From positions 30,013 to 94,012 of IMG/VR virus record IMGVR_UViG_3300030329_006605: a stretch of 64,000 bases of DNA, one strand, 5' to 3'. Below, piece by piece: positions 1 to 10,620 of this stretch. Each line of letters begins with the position of its first letter. Positions within the stretch are counted from its first letter, which is position 1. This DNA comes from a virus. Both the position numbers and the translations under genes were made by a program. The notes below the pieces were generated by a model that saw nothing but the letters and a program-made list of their open reading frames with translations, made no database searches and was not told the origin of the DNA.

Positions 1-425
1 TCTGCTAAGTCATTATTTACTACTTTCCAAATTACGCCACCAAGAGCAACGTTAAATGGCTTATCAGAGCCCCTAACCTCTTCTTCTGTTAAGGGCTTGT
101 CCGTACCAAACTCGCTAAACCCAGCGGTTAAAATACAGCCCACAACCCTTTCTCTTTGGTGCTCTAGATTAATAGGCTTATTAATAAAGTTTTTATAAGA
201 GGCTAAAGCGGTTTCTGCGTCAATAACATCTCCGTTAAGATTAACCCTGTTGACAACGCAAGCATTGAACGCGATAGGAAGTAAATCTATATTTTCGTCT
301 GTGTTTACATTGGGGATAAAATCTCCAATATCTACTAACGAAGCCATAGCAAGATACTGGTCTTTTTCTTCCGAAACCAAAGGTTTAACGGTAGAACTAA
401 ATATTGTTGTATATTTATACTTCAT
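1..425 (-). CDS. Probable prohead/capsid maturation protease (5' part; runs off window)
   Basis: Not in ORF track. Manual translation MKYKYTTIFSS...VNRVNLNGDVID...NFINKPINLEHQRERVVG has an NxNxD...KPxNxEH...VG pattern like phage prohead proteases. Downstream of portal; TAATG coupling to the upstream ORF. Confidence 0.6.
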   Translation of the reverse strand, partial: MKYKYTTIFSSTVKPLVSEEKDQYLAMASLVDIGDFIPNVNTDENIDLLPIAFNACVVNRVNLNGDVIDAETALASYKNFINKPINLEHQRERVVGCILTAGFSEFGTDKPLTEEEVRGSDKPFNVALGGVIWKVVNNDLA

Positions 426-1090
426 TAGTCCTCCTTTTCCTCACTGATCTCATTGACCTTTCTCCAGAGTTCGCCATAGCTACCGGGCCTCCCATGAGGA
501 TGCCAGCGGCCTTTTTTGTGGCTATCGCTTTTCTCGACCTTTTTTAAATCTCCGTTTTCATCCCTATATTCTCCCTTTTTAGTTTCCCTCTTTTTGGCTT
601 TTTTCTTTGGGGAGCCGTCTTTTTTCTTGGGAACCTCTTCGCTCGCTACGGAATATCGAGGGGGATGGTCCACCTCTTTTAGCTCAACGGCTCCGGGGTG
701 ATCGGACATATCAAATAAAGATTTTAATCCCTCTACTTCCCAAACGCGCCCACGATAAGCTAATTTATAAACGTATTTAACCCCTTCTCCCTCTTGCGAG
801 GCTACTGCGTCCTCAGCGTTTTCTAATGCAGGATATCGTTTAAGAATTCTAGAAGCACTATCAAAATTGAGAAATTCCCCCTTTTCTACACCCCAATCGA
901 ACCCAAGTTCTTTCAAGAAGGATTCGAGCATTTCTTTGCTCGACACAAGAATTTTCATGAATTCGCCGCCGTCTGTTTTTGCGAAAAGCGCATAACCCTC
1001 CCCACAGGGAAAGGGTTTGTAAAGAGTATCTCTCTCTTTTTGTTGTACTATATATTTTGAAAAATCAATATCCATAATGTTTACTCCCAT
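425..1090 (-). CDS. Hypothetical protein with basic C-terminus (head operon)
   Basis: 221-aa ORF coupled to both neighbours. Confidence 0.6.
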   Translation of the reverse strand: MGVNIMDIDFSKYIVQQKERDTLYKPFPCGEGYALFAKTDGGEFMKILVSSKEMLESFLKELGFDWGVEKGEFLNFDSASRILKRYPALENAEDAVASQEGEGVKYVYKLAYRGRVWEVEGLKSLFDMSDHPGAVELKEVDHPPRYSVASEEVPKKKDGSPKKKAKKRETKKGEYRDENGDLKKVEKSDSHKKGRWHPHGRPGSYGELWRKVNEISEEKED

Positions 1091-1602
1091 TCGAAACTTA
1101 CTTTTTTGTATTCTAAGTATATCTCATCTAAACTAGAAAAAGAATAATTTAAATTATACTTAGAAACATCTTCTTCTGCCATCTTATAATCTTGTTCAGT
1201 AGGAAACCATTCCTCTGTAAGATCTAAAAAATTACTAATTGAAGTCTTTTCTTGTAACTCAAAATCTAATCCATCCATTTTACCCGAGGTCGGTTGTTCA
1301 GATTCTATTGAGATTTTTCTTCCGGATTTATAAGCAAGGTACATATTGACCCTTGCTAGCCCCCAAAGATTTAAAGACCCCATTGGGTCTTTGGCTGCTT
1401 CAAATTGCTTTGCTCCTTGAATGTATACTTTCTTTAATTGTTGAAGAGTTGACCTATTAGATGGATTTTCTTTGTTGTGGTTTTTGAACTTGTCCTCAAG
1501 GGCAGCAACCAATCTTAAAGAGAAATGCACAGCATTATCTTCCTCTTTCGAGGAATTATCCTGTTCCACATTCTCTATATTTTCTTTTTTCAAATTTTCC
1601 AT
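1081..1602 (-). CDS. Hypothetical viral protein (DUF5824-like motif)
   Basis: LKKVYIQGA...WGLARVNMYL resembles the LxxVYxRG...WAxARVNSF motif; recognised from memory. Confidence 0.45.
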   Translation of the reverse strand: MENLKKENIENVEQDNSSKEEDNAVHFSLRLVAALEDKFKNHNKENPSNRSTLQQLKKVYIQGAKQFEAAKDPMGSLNLWGLARVNMYLAYKSGRKISIESEQPTSGKMDGLDFELQEKTSISNFLDLTEEWFPTEQDYKMAEEDVSKYNLNYSFSSLDEIYLEYKKVSFEWE

Positions 1603-1683
1603 GAAAAGACCTCAACAAAGTGTACAAGAAATTTTACACTTTTCTAGCGCTTTTTACCTATTTTTTTTTATTAAAAAATATTC

Positions 1684-2193
1684 TTACCTTTTCAATAAAT
1701 ATATTGTTTTCAAAACCGTGTCTTTTCCAAAAAATCTCATAATATTATTACTAGTTGGATAAGTTATCCAATGATAATTTAGTGTTCCCCTTTGATGTAT
1801 TAATACAACAGCTACGTCTCCGCTCTTTAACTGGTCCATGTCTTTAATAATTTCTATTTTAACGCCCCTGTCTGTAAAGTATTTCTTAACTTCGCAGGGG
1901 AATGTTATTTTTTTGCTGTCGTACACAAACAAGGACATTACGTCTCGTGTTATGGTTGAGCATTTATTTTTCCGCCTTAATTCTCTACTAATCTCTGTTC
2001 TTGACTCGGACTGAATATTATAACCCCTCAGGTTTAATTCAAATATTGCGTCGTTTATTGCATCTGGCCCACAACTCATAATATGCTGGTATTCGTTGTA
2101 GTTTCTTGTGTGTTCTGTGCTTTTTAGTGCGCCGCAACCCACCATAAACAAAGTTAAAATAAAGATTAAAGTGTTCTTAATAAAAAATAGCAT
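1684..2193 (-). CDS. Lipoprotein with C39-like cysteine peptidase motifs
   Basis: Lipobox MVGC; SCGP (catalytic Cys) and YHWI (His); GTGTAAT 8 nt upstream of ATG. Confidence 0.5.
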   Translation of the reverse strand: MLFFIKNTLIFILTLFMVGCGALKSTEHTRNYNEYQHIMSCGPDAINDAIFELNLRGYNIQSESRTEISRELRRKNKCSTITRDVMSLFVYDSKKITFPCEVKKYFTDRGVKIEIIKDMDQLKSGDVAVVLIHQRGTLNYHWITYPTSNNIMRFFGKDTVLKTIYLLKR

Positions 2194-2224
2194 CAATAAT
2201 GATTACACTATTTTTTTAATTAAG

Positions 2225-3490
2225 TTATTTATTCATTGTATCCATCATACCCTTTTTGAACGCTTCGAATACCATCTCTTCTCTTTTTAATGCTCTTTCA
2301 TATTCTTGTTTCCTTTGTTCGAGCTCTTCTCTGGCAGATTGCCAAGTCCTTAGAAGATGTTCCATTGCTGGAACCGGTAATTCAAATTTAGCGACTTCAG
2401 AACTTGGTTCTGGCACGGTATTTTCGTTAGTGTTCGTTGCTTGTTCTGCTATTTCAGCCACCGCTGTTATTTTGTCTCGTGAATCTTTATAATATAAATG
2501 GTCTATATAATTTTTAAAATATTGACTTATTAAATGTCCTTGAGGATTAGTCTTATAAAAAGGCTTGTGTTCCGTAGCTTCGGCATTAAACCTGTCTTGA
2601 TTTAAAGCGAATATAGCGGGATATTCAATAAACTTTAGACACTCCAGAGAAGAAGGGTCAAAGACTTGTTTGTATTTTTTTAGGCAATGATCGCCAGAAT
2701 ACAATAGTTTTACAGACTGATCGATAAAACCAATTTTGAGTTTTGATTCTAATAATGAAGAATTATAGCTTGTGATATTATAATAAAGCTCCAAATTATG
2801 ATCTTTATATAACTCCAGCAATTCGGAGTCTGATTCAGCCAAATTATTTACAGCGGATAAAAATGTTAATGCATCTCCGGAATCAGAAAAATCTAAATCA
2901 AAAAGACCATGCTCCTTAAAGAAGGATCTTTTTACTCCCCATCCGCCACCAAGGTGATAGTCATCCCTTAGCTCTTTTGAGCTTTTTCCAGCCAAGTGCC
3001 CCTTTGCTCCGCCCTCTTGTTCAATAGAAACTTTTTCTTTCTCGTCAAGACTTAAGAATCTACTTCCGATTTGAACTAGATCATTTTTGTCTAGCATCTT
3101 TTCCATATCAGATAACCAATTATCATTTTCTGGAAGAACATTATTATCTAGCCACACTATTTTTGTGTATTCGGAAGGCACAAAGTAATCTACCATTACA
3201 TTTATCATATTTTCCCTGCACCCGAATGGTGCACCAATATCTAAAGCAAAATAATTATCTCCACCCACTATTTCGTTTAGCTGTGGTGGATCATGAGCCG
3301 CTTCTTGCCCGGGCTGAACATCATGAACCCTGTCGGACAATATTTCCCCGACATAAATTGGGTAACCTGAATCTTTGAGTTTAGAATAGAATTTCTTAAA
3401 ATTCTCTACAAGCTTCTCGTTTTTTGCAAAATCAGAGAAGCACGTAACTACAGCTAATTTACCTTTTTCCTTAGTTTTCCTTTTTGCCAT
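2225..3490 (-). CDS. Glycosyltransferase-like protein with coiled-coil tail
   Basis: KIVWLDNNV (DxD-like), GGGWG and SGD motifs typical of viral GT-A folds. Confidence 0.45.
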   Translation of the reverse strand: MAKRKTKEKGKLAVVTCFSDFAKNEKLVENFKKFYSKLKDSGYPIYVGEILSDRVHDVQPGQEAAHDPPQLNEIVGGDNYFALDIGAPFGCRENMINVMVDYFVPSEYTKIVWLDNNVLPENDNWLSDMEKMLDKNDLVQIGSRFLSLDEKEKVSIEQEGGAKGHLAGKSSKELRDDYHLGGGWGVKRSFFKEHGLFDLDFSDSGDALTFLSAVNNLAESDSELLELYKDHNLELYYNITSYNSSLLESKLKIGFIDQSVKLLYSGDHCLKKYKQVFDPSSLECLKFIEYPAIFALNQDRFNAEATEHKPFYKTNPQGHLISQYFKNYIDHLYYKDSRDKITAVAEIAEQATNTNENTVPEPSSEVAKFELPVPAMEHLLRTWQSAREELEQRKQEYERALKREEMVFEAFKKGMMDTMNK

Positions 3491-3517
3491 ATTTTCCTCC
3501 GCTAATATATAAATATA

Positions 3518-4705
3518 TTAACGTATATCACCAGCTTGTCTAAGTTGTTTTATTTTTAATAGTGGTTTTTCTAACCCTCCAACCATGGTGAATATATTTA
3601 AATTATTTTGGTCACCGCTGTATACGCCGATATGCACAGTGCTGTTAGGCCTTAATATTCTAGATAGCTGAGAGAATGCGCTATCAAGGTGAGATTGAGG
3701 CACATTATCTAAAACGCTGGAGTGACCGATAGCTATAATCCCCGCGCATGATCCACTTGAAAAATCTATGCCATCACATAAAGAATTATTTTTAATATTT
3801 TCCCTTACGACCCTAGAGATGCAAACTGGATCTTTCCAATCTTTAACAGGAGAAGCGCTTAAGGTTACTAAGCCTGAATTTAATACCTGCATATAATCTT
3901 TAGAATCAAATGAAGAATAACTACTATCCTTAGTTGCTGTTAAATTATATAGATGAAACAAACCTACCAAAGATGAGTTCGCCGCCTCCCAGAACTTAGA
4001 AACAGATAGATTGGGGTATAGTTTAGAAATTTTTTCATTATCAATTAATAAAAGCGTAGAAACTTTACCGGTCCTTGTTAGGTTAGAAATGTCTTCTAAA
4101 GTCTGAGCAGCATTAGCGTTAACCTTCTTGCCTTCTGAAGCCTTCGGTAAAGCTAAAATAACACCAACCCCAGCGTTTTTGTTCGGGTTAATCATCTGTT
4201 GTAATTCGTGCGCTGTATCGATAAGAGGAAGTAATGCTCCTGCGCCGGTCCCGCCACCAGCAGAAGCACAAATGAATATTTTATCAAAAGTTTCCCCAAA
4301 AGAATATCTAAGAAAATCTAAAACATCATCTTTTCTTTTATTAAACAATGCATTTGATAAGTCTTTATTTTTCCCAACTCCCCCGTCACCAAAGCATAGT
4401 TTATTTTCTAAATCTAATGTGTTCAAATCCTGCTCGGCGGTATTTATTGCCGCAATCCTATTATATCCAAGCTTTTTAAAAGCATGAGCTAATCTTCCTC
4501 CGGCTTGACCACAACCTACAAAAGAAAATTTAAAAGCTACATCTACATCATCTTCGATTTCCTTGTTGTAGATTTTATCTACCACATTCTCTTCTTGCGA
4601 ATCGGGAGGTAAGAGTAAACCCTCTGGCATAGATAAGTCTGCCGATGGTTCTTCCCCATACAATGATTTGATTTGCTCTTCGTTTTCATTATTAAGTTCT
4701 TCCAT
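3518..4705 (-). CDS. Tubulin/FtsZ-family GTPase (PhuZ/TubZ-like)
   Basis: GCGQAGGR, AINTA, tubulin signature AGGGTGAG, IDNEK, SFDSKD (T7-loop-like). Confidence 0.9.
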   Translation of the reverse strand: MEELNNENEEQIKSLYGEEPSADLSMPEGLLLPPDSQEENVVDKIYNKEIEDDVDVAFKFSFVGCGQAGGRLAHAFKKLGYNRIAAINTAEQDLNTLDLENKLCFGDGGVGKNKDLSNALFNKRKDDVLDFLRYSFGETFDKIFICASAGGGTGAGALLPLIDTAHELQQMINPNKNAGVGVILALPKASEGKKVNANAAQTLEDISNLTRTGKVSTLLLIDNEKISKLYPNLSVSKFWEAANSSLVGLFHLYNLTATKDSSYSSFDSKDYMQVLNSGLVTLSASPVKDWKDPVCISRVVRENIKNNSLCDGIDFSSGSCAGIIAIGHSSVLDNVPQSHLDSAFSQLSRILRPNSTVHIGVYSGDQNNLNIFTMVGGLEKPLLKIKQLRQAGDIR

Positions 4706-4708
4706 AAT

Positions 4709-6727
4709 TTATTCCTTTTCTTTTATTACACTGTGATATAAGATTCCAGCTAAATAATCCCCTAGTTGGTGTTCGTACGCAACAGCCCTTATCTCTTCGA
4801 CTTGATCGTGATTCTTGTCGATAGGTTTTTCGCAGTATTCATTTACCGCCCCAACCCAAGCCTCAGGCTTTTCGTTAGCTATGATTACATTGCTAATCTG
4901 CTCTGCGACTTCTTTTTGTTTTTTTGTAAGCCTTTTAACCTTGTGTTTCTTTCTTAAATGAGAAGCCACTTCTGTCTCCAACTTTTGAGCTTTTAGCATA
5001 TTTTCTTTTACCAAATCAAAACTGAAGGATCTTTCGGAAGCGCCGACAGGAGAAGCTTCTTTTGTGGTCTGTGGAGAATTAGTCCCCGGAGGCCTACCAG
5101 TATTTGGTTTAGTGGTTGAACTGTCTTTTGGTTTTTTGTCTGTATTTTTCTTGGGGGCGGGAGCCTCTTTCTTTTGTAGCTCTGGATGAACAACTTCTTG
5201 CGGTTCCCAGCTTTCCATAGACGGATTATCTATTGGCTGTCCACCAACCAAAGGAAAATAAAGACCGTCATCCCTGTCGCTAATGTATTTTCTCTGACTA
5301 TCCATTGAAGCTTCTTTATCGGGTAATCTGTTAGTGTCTAACGCTTCGAATAATTCTTCCGGAGTTAAGAGGCCCAATTCAGCCATCCGCGTGTAAACTC
5401 TATATTTTTGAGTATTGTCTCTTAGATTAATTTCCGTGAACTTGGGGGTAGGATAATTTTTAAAACCTATTTCTTTTGCAACTCTTTTAATCTCTGGAAT
5501 TAAAAAGTCGTTCAAGAACGTCTTTCTAGCTTGTCTAAGTCTAGCGATAAAGACTTCAACCTTAGCCTGATGATTTGCAAATTTTTCTCCAGAACCCCCG
5601 ACTCCAGTAAGAATATTATTTAACCCGGCGTTAATATCTTTATTTACTTGTTCGTATTTTTTGGGGTCAAGTATGTCGGATATTTGAGGTATAACGAATT
5701 GAGCCTTGGTTGTGTAGTCTGCAATTAAGACTCTGCCAACAGATTGATTTTCAAAAAGCTTTTGCATTTCTTGAAGATTCTTCTGGTTAACTCCACCCTT
5801 GTCTGGTTCTGCACCCATGGTGACTAAAAGTATTGCTTGTTGAACGGTTCTGGCAATAGCCATATCCATTTTCTTTAACTCCGCTTTGTGATTTAAGTCT
5901 TCTAAAACCGGATACCCCATAGGAACAGCGAATGGTTCATAATCCATTTTCTTATAAAAAATTGTGCTTACCTTGTCATGATGCAAGGTCATCCTTAACT
6001 CTTGCATAGAAGGATTGTTTTTAAGTTGTTTTTTGGTTTCAGGATCTAAGCCCTCTATAACCCTAAAGTCTTCGTCTGTCTTTGGGTTTTTAAGTCTTTC
6101 TAATTCGAAGTCTGAAAGAATTTTAAAATATTTTCCCTCGTTAAAACTTAGAGTTCCAGAGACTTGCACATCTGCGGGGTTTAATATGATATATCTAAAT
6201 GGTATCTCTTTCTTGCCTCCTTTTGCTCCAAAAGTTTGATTTATTCTTTTTAAATCTGAAGCTTTTAATTTCGCATCAAACCTATAGACAAAAACGTTTC
6301 CGCTTCTGTAATACTCCCTAAAAAATTTATCCATCAGTTCGTATACATTTATTTTTTTAAATAGAGCCTCAAAGAAAGACCTAGACTTCTTGCTTCCGCC
6401 CTCATAATAAAGATCGGTGCAGGTAAATTCCGTCATTACGTCAATCGTATTTCTAAAAATTGAAAAATTATAATAAGCTTTCTGACAGAGGATGACCGCG
6501 TCTCTAACAGAAATTGCAGACTTATTTTTTACCGATCCATATTTAAAGGGTACTAGACCTTGATCAATATGCACATACTTATCAGTCCTTTCTATTGTCG
6601 CAGACTTATTTCTCCGTGTGGGGGTTGCTGCGGCAGCTATGGATTCGGATAAAGTGGACATTAAAGGTTGTCCAGTAGCATCAGGCTTCTTTCTTCTTGC
6701 TGTTGTTTTTTTTGGTTTTTCGGTCAT
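4709..6727 (-). CDS. Portal protein
   Basis: 672 aa directly downstream of terminase; FFREYYRSGNVF and YEPFAVPMGYPVLEDL are portal-like segments; low-complexity C-tail. Confidence 0.75.
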   Translation of the reverse strand: MTEKPKKTTARRKKPDATGQPLMSTLSESIAAAATPTRRNKSATIERTDKYVHIDQGLVPFKYGSVKNKSAISVRDAVILCQKAYYNFSIFRNTIDVMTEFTCTDLYYEGGSKKSRSFFEALFKKINVYELMDKFFREYYRSGNVFVYRFDAKLKASDLKRINQTFGAKGGKKEIPFRYIILNPADVQVSGTLSFNEGKYFKILSDFELERLKNPKTDEDFRVIEGLDPETKKQLKNNPSMQELRMTLHHDKVSTIFYKKMDYEPFAVPMGYPVLEDLNHKAELKKMDMAIARTVQQAILLVTMGAEPDKGGVNQKNLQEMQKLFENQSVGRVLIADYTTKAQFVIPQISDILDPKKYEQVNKDINAGLNNILTGVGGSGEKFANHQAKVEVFIARLRQARKTFLNDFLIPEIKRVAKEIGFKNYPTPKFTEINLRDNTQKYRVYTRMAELGLLTPEELFEALDTNRLPDKEASMDSQRKYISDRDDGLYFPLVGGQPIDNPSMESWEPQEVVHPELQKKEAPAPKKNTDKKPKDSSTTKPNTGRPPGTNSPQTTKEASPVGASERSFSFDLVKENMLKAQKLETEVASHLRKKHKVKRLTKKQKEVAEQISNVIIANEKPEAWVGAVNEYCEKPIDKNHDQVEEIRAVAYEHQLGDYLAGILYHSVIKEKE

Positions 6728-6771
6728 TTTCGTTTTTTGGTTTTTTTTAGCTTATTTTAGCTTATTTTAGA

Positions 6772-8601
6772 TTACACCATTCTTGGTACAAATGTTGCAA
6801 CATCCTCTGTTTTATATTCTTGCATATCAAAATAACACTTTGCAGCCCAATTCGCCAGCATAAGAGCGGTATAGTTATCTTTTCTTGCTCTGCCTGCTGA
6901 TGTGTTTCTTTTTAAATGTTGCGGTAAATCAAAGGTCTGCGACCCTTTAGCCGTCGTCTTCACCTCAACAAGAGCACATTGTTTCTTTGTTTGATGAATT
7001 AGATTGTCTTGGATGTCAATTAATTCACCTATATTTTTTTCTCCTGTCCATCCCATTTGTATTTTTTGTATAGATTGTTTCTCAAACGCTGTTCCGCTAG
7101 CATTTGCCCTAGAGGCAAACCATATTCTTTTGTAATCTATGCAAGCCTGTAAATATTCGTTTGCTTTTCTTATCCAATTAGTCGTAAATACTTGATTATA
7201 AATAATTTGTTTATTTTCTAAATTATAATTCTTTTTTAAATCTCTTATGTTTTTATTGTAATCTATACCCTCTGATTCTGAATTGAAGTCTTCTAATACG
7301 TTTAATTTAAATCTTTCGTTTTGCCAAAACTTTGATTGATTACAGGCTTCTATAAATATGTCTGCTCCAGCATTATCAAAACTACCCATGACTATATTAA
7401 AATTTTTAAATAAATAAAGTAAATATTTTACATGGTTTGTAAGCGCCCCCAAACCCGCATAATTGTGCACAAGTGTAACATGTTTTTTTTCTTCGTCAAG
7501 CTCTAAAACTGATATTGCAAAATAATCCGCGCTAGGGCTATCGCTCATATTCGGATCAAGACCAATAACATATTTTTTATCAGGGCAACCTTTAATCATT
7601 GTTGTGGGTTCTTCACCATCTGGCACGGTGCATTCATGCATTTTAAGAGCGCTGAAATAACTGTCTGATCCGTCAGTGAATTGAGCACAATATTCTCGCT
7701 GGAAAGATGCGTGAGAAGAGCCTCCCTCTTGAGCCTCCTCAATGATCGTTTGATCTATCATGTGCTCTGGTAACGCCTCAAACCCCATCTGGGATATAAA
7801 ATAAGTGGCGTCGTCTGATTTCGTTCCATGGTATATATTATTTTGCCAAGTAGAGTATTGCTTGTATAGATTTTCAAACGTATAACTTGCGGATGATAAG
7901 GCTATCATTTTACTGTCGTTTTCAAAAACCATCCTATCTTCTTCTTTCATAGCTCCTTCGGATATTAATTTATCTTCAATTTCTCTAACCTCCAACCTTT
8001 CTTTCATGTTCTGTGGTGCAACCAAGAAGGGCATAAGTACGTTGGTGATTAGATCCTCTGGGAGCAAAAGGAACTCGTCAAGCACAAGTATGTTAGCGCG
8101 AAAACCACGAATTTTTTCACCGTTAAGGGGGATAGCTGTTATAGAGCCCCCGTTTATTTGCCACTCAAATTGATCGTTTCTTTTCGCTTTCGCACCAAAG
8201 CATTGAGCTAATAACTCTGCACCCTTAGATTCAACCAAGGTCTCTAAATTGTTAAAAATAAATCGAGCAGTACGAAAGGTTGGGCCCGCAACTAATATCT
8301 TAGTTCCCGGATTGAAAACGCATTGCAAAAAACAAAAAACAGAAGCTATAAAAGTTTTTCCACAACCACGACCCCACACGCACATAGAAAAGTTTCTATT
8401 CATCATTCCTTTTAGGGTTACTTCTTGAAATGGGGCAAGCTTTATTCCTGAGATGAGCTCTGTTGTGAACCCCACGTTAGCGCTAAGAAATTTAGCTAAA
8501 GAAATCTTAGCCTCTTTATCGCTTAACTCCCCCTTCAACTTTAGAAACTCCTCGTTTAAGTCGACGGTATCTTTTTCGTATCTTTCTGGACAGTACCACA
8601 T
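6772..8601 (-). CDS. terL: Terminase large subunit
   Basis: Walker A GRGCGKT, Walker B ILVLDEF, coupling motif SSA, FQREYCAQF, RNase H-like IGLDP and C-terminal KDNYTA. Confidence 0.92.
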   Translation of the reverse strand: MWYCPERYEKDTVDLNEEFLKLKGELSDKEAKISLAKFLSANVGFTTELISGIKLAPFQEVTLKGMMNRNFSMCVWGRGCGKTFIASVFCFLQCVFNPGTKILVAGPTFRTARFIFNNLETLVESKGAELLAQCFGAKAKRNDQFEWQINGGSITAIPLNGEKIRGFRANILVLDEFLLLPEDLITNVLMPFLVAPQNMKERLEVREIEDKLISEGAMKEEDRMVFENDSKMIALSSASYTFENLYKQYSTWQNNIYHGTKSDDATYFISQMGFEALPEHMIDQTIIEEAQEGGSSHASFQREYCAQFTDGSDSYFSALKMHECTVPDGEEPTTMIKGCPDKKYVIGLDPNMSDSPSADYFAISVLELDEEKKHVTLVHNYAGLGALTNHVKYLLYLFKNFNIVMGSFDNAGADIFIEACNQSKFWQNERFKLNVLEDFNSESEGIDYNKNIRDLKKNYNLENKQIIYNQVFTTNWIRKANEYLQACIDYKRIWFASRANASGTAFEKQSIQKIQMGWTGEKNIGELIDIQDNLIHQTKKQCALVEVKTTAKGSQTFDLPQHLKRNTSAGRARKDNYTALMLANWAAKCYFDMQEYKTEDVATFVPRMV

Positions 8602-9539
8602 TATAATATTTTCTTATCGTAAGCTAATTGCAAATCCGTTTTTTTATGAACACAACCGCAAGTAAAAATCTTTTCAATAACCCTTGCGGATTCTCTCCTA
8701 CCTTTAACAAATACGAATTGTATATGTTCGTTTTTCTGAATCAAATTTCTAACTCTATTAAAAATAAATTCTGGCGTTGCTCTTATTTTTTTTGAAATAT
8801 AAGGAAGGTATTTAAAATTGGAAGCGTTTTCTATTGTGTCTTCAACCAAAATAACTAAATACGCACCATCCTCTTCTGCCCTCTTAATTTCATTAACAAA
8901 ACGTTCATATCCGCCGCTTAACGTTCCTATAAAATCAGACAAAGATTTTCTTTCTATGTAAGTATTACAAGTAGCGTTGCTGTTGTCAAAAGTATAGTCT
9001 CCATATTTTAAAGTCATTAATTCGAACGGTCTTTCGAATTTCAACGGTTTTTGTTCTCTTGTGTCCACTAGAATCTTGTAAACTGGATTTTTCCACTCTG
9101 CTTCTTCTAAAATATTATTAATTGTGGTATACTTATTTTTAAAACCCAAGGATTTACAAATTTCATAATAATCTCCGATCTCCTTTTCGTAGTATTGAAT
9201 GGGCGGGCTCATTATAGAACGAAGCTCCACCTGACAGGGGGAATATACTAATTCTTTTTCTTCTTTTCTTTTAGATAAAACGCCAGTGCAAAATTTCTTT
9301 TTGTCTTCCAAAGATTGATCTTTAAGCCACATTCTTAAGTTAGTTCTACTATTAAATTCTGTGCTAAAATATTGTTTCTTATTTTTAAATTTAATTATTT
9401 TCTTATCGTGTTTATCGTATCGAGGAAAATGTTTTTGGTAATAGGCAGCAACTCGAAGATCATGCACTTTAATATGCGCGTGGAGTTGTTTTTCCGCCTC
9501 AAATTCTTTTTTACATTCTTGACAAGTATGATTATTCAT
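8601..9539 (-). CDS. C2H2 zinc finger + ERCC4/XPF-family nuclease
   Basis: CQEC...HIKVH; VDTREQ, GDY, IERKS nuclease motifs. Confidence 0.85.
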   Translation of the reverse strand: MNNHTCQECKKEFEAEKQLHAHIKVHDLRVAAYYQKHFPRYDKHDKKIIKFKNKKQYFSTEFNSRTNLRMWLKDQSLEDKKKFCTGVLSKRKEEKELVYSPCQVELRSIMSPPIQYYEKEIGDYYEICKSLGFKNKYTTINNILEEAEWKNPVYKILVDTREQKPLKFERPFELMTLKYGDYTFDNSNATCNTYIERKSLSDFIGTLSGGYERFVNEIKRAEEDGAYLVILVEDTIENASNFKYLPYISKKIRATPEFIFNRVRNLIQKNEHIQFVFVKGRRESARVIEKIFTCGCVHKKTDLQLAYDKKIL

Positions 9540-10620
9540 CGAGAACTTCCCCCTTAGATAAGCCCATAATCTTACATTTTATTTCGTCCATATCACTTAG
9601 ATTTTCCACCTCTTTGCCAACCTGCTGTTTTCTTAATTGCGCAAGCTTTATGAGTTTTTCTCTAGATTCTTCTTCTTTCCATATTTGAACAAGGTTTAAG
9701 ACGCTTGCGTTTTCTTGAATTTGATTTTTTAATCTATCGCTTCTTTTCGTCTTTAAGGCTTCTAAAAGTTTTTGCTGGCGGTTGATACACTGATGGTATT
9801 CTCCTTGAGCGCTACTTATTGATTCAACTAGACTCATTGAAATTCTTCTACCCTCTGTATCGTCTGCCACATCATCTAATAAATCTTGAAGATGTTCGAC
9901 TCTCCGCTGGATATTGGCCGAGATGACAACCTCGATAGATAAAACTATATATTGGTCAACCTCTTCCTGAGTTAAGTCAGGTTTATCATAAGTATAACGG
10001 ATGAAGCTGGATTCGTATAGTTCTCTATCTGTTTGCGTTTGATAATGATTCATGTGGTGGACAAATCTATAAGTTTCCAAAAACTTCATTAACGTTTCAA
10101 TATTTTTCTTTTCTTGTCTAGTTATTTTTTCTTTGTTTATTCCGCTCGGTACATATTTATTTACTCTAGCTACGGCTGCCACAAAGGTTTTCGGCGGCTT
10201 GTAGGATTCTGCCGCGGGTACTTCCTCTGTATTTTCATATGGCTCTATATCTAAAGATTTAATGTATTCGCTTACAGTTCTAGTTTCTTGATTTAAATTT
10301 GTTAATTCATTATTCTTAAAAATAACCTTAGCTATTTCCAAGGCTTTCATCATGGCTGCATTGTTTTCTATAAACTGAATTTGTTCTTCTGTTAAATCTA
10401 TTTTATCTTTATGCTTGTAAACGTGTGCGCCATCCGCGGATAGATTACGAGTTGCAAGAAAAGCTTTAACACTTCTTCCTTCTTTACTCCTACCATCTAT
10501 ATCTGGTTTGTCAGGGAAAGCTAACCTTATCAATTCTAAAAGAGAAGGTGGATTTTCCTCTCTTGAATTCCACTCTTCAAGAATTATATTCTTTTGCTCT
10601 TCTGTTAATAATTCCGACAT
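9532..10620 (-). CDS. Helical/coiled-coil protein, possible terminase small subunit
   Basis: Position upstream of terL; helical N-terminal repeats (LTEEQ x2) and coiled-coil C-terminus; function inferred from position only. Confidence 0.35.
   Translation of the reverse strand: MSELLTEEQKNIILEEWNSREENPPSLLELIRLAFPDKPDIDGRSKEGRSVKAFLATRNLSADGAHVYKHKDKIDLTEEQIQFIENNAAMMKALEIAKVIFKNNELTNLNQETRTVSEYIKSLDIEPYENTEEVPAAESYKPPKTFVAAVARVNKYVPSGINKEKITRQEKKNIETLMKFLETYRFVHHMNHYQTQTDRELYESSFIRYTYDKPDLTQEEVDQYIVLSIEVVISANIQRRVEHLQDLLDDVADDTEGRRISMSLVESISSAQGEYHQCINRQQKLLEALKTKRSDRLKNQIQENASVLNLVQIWKEEESREKLIKLAQLRKQQVGKEVENLSDMDEIKCKIMGLSKGEVLDE

Noticed and set aside
6745-6770. CTTATTTTAG tandem repeat between terL and portal
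   Set aside because: Only about 2.5 AT-rich copies; cannot be told apart from slippage.
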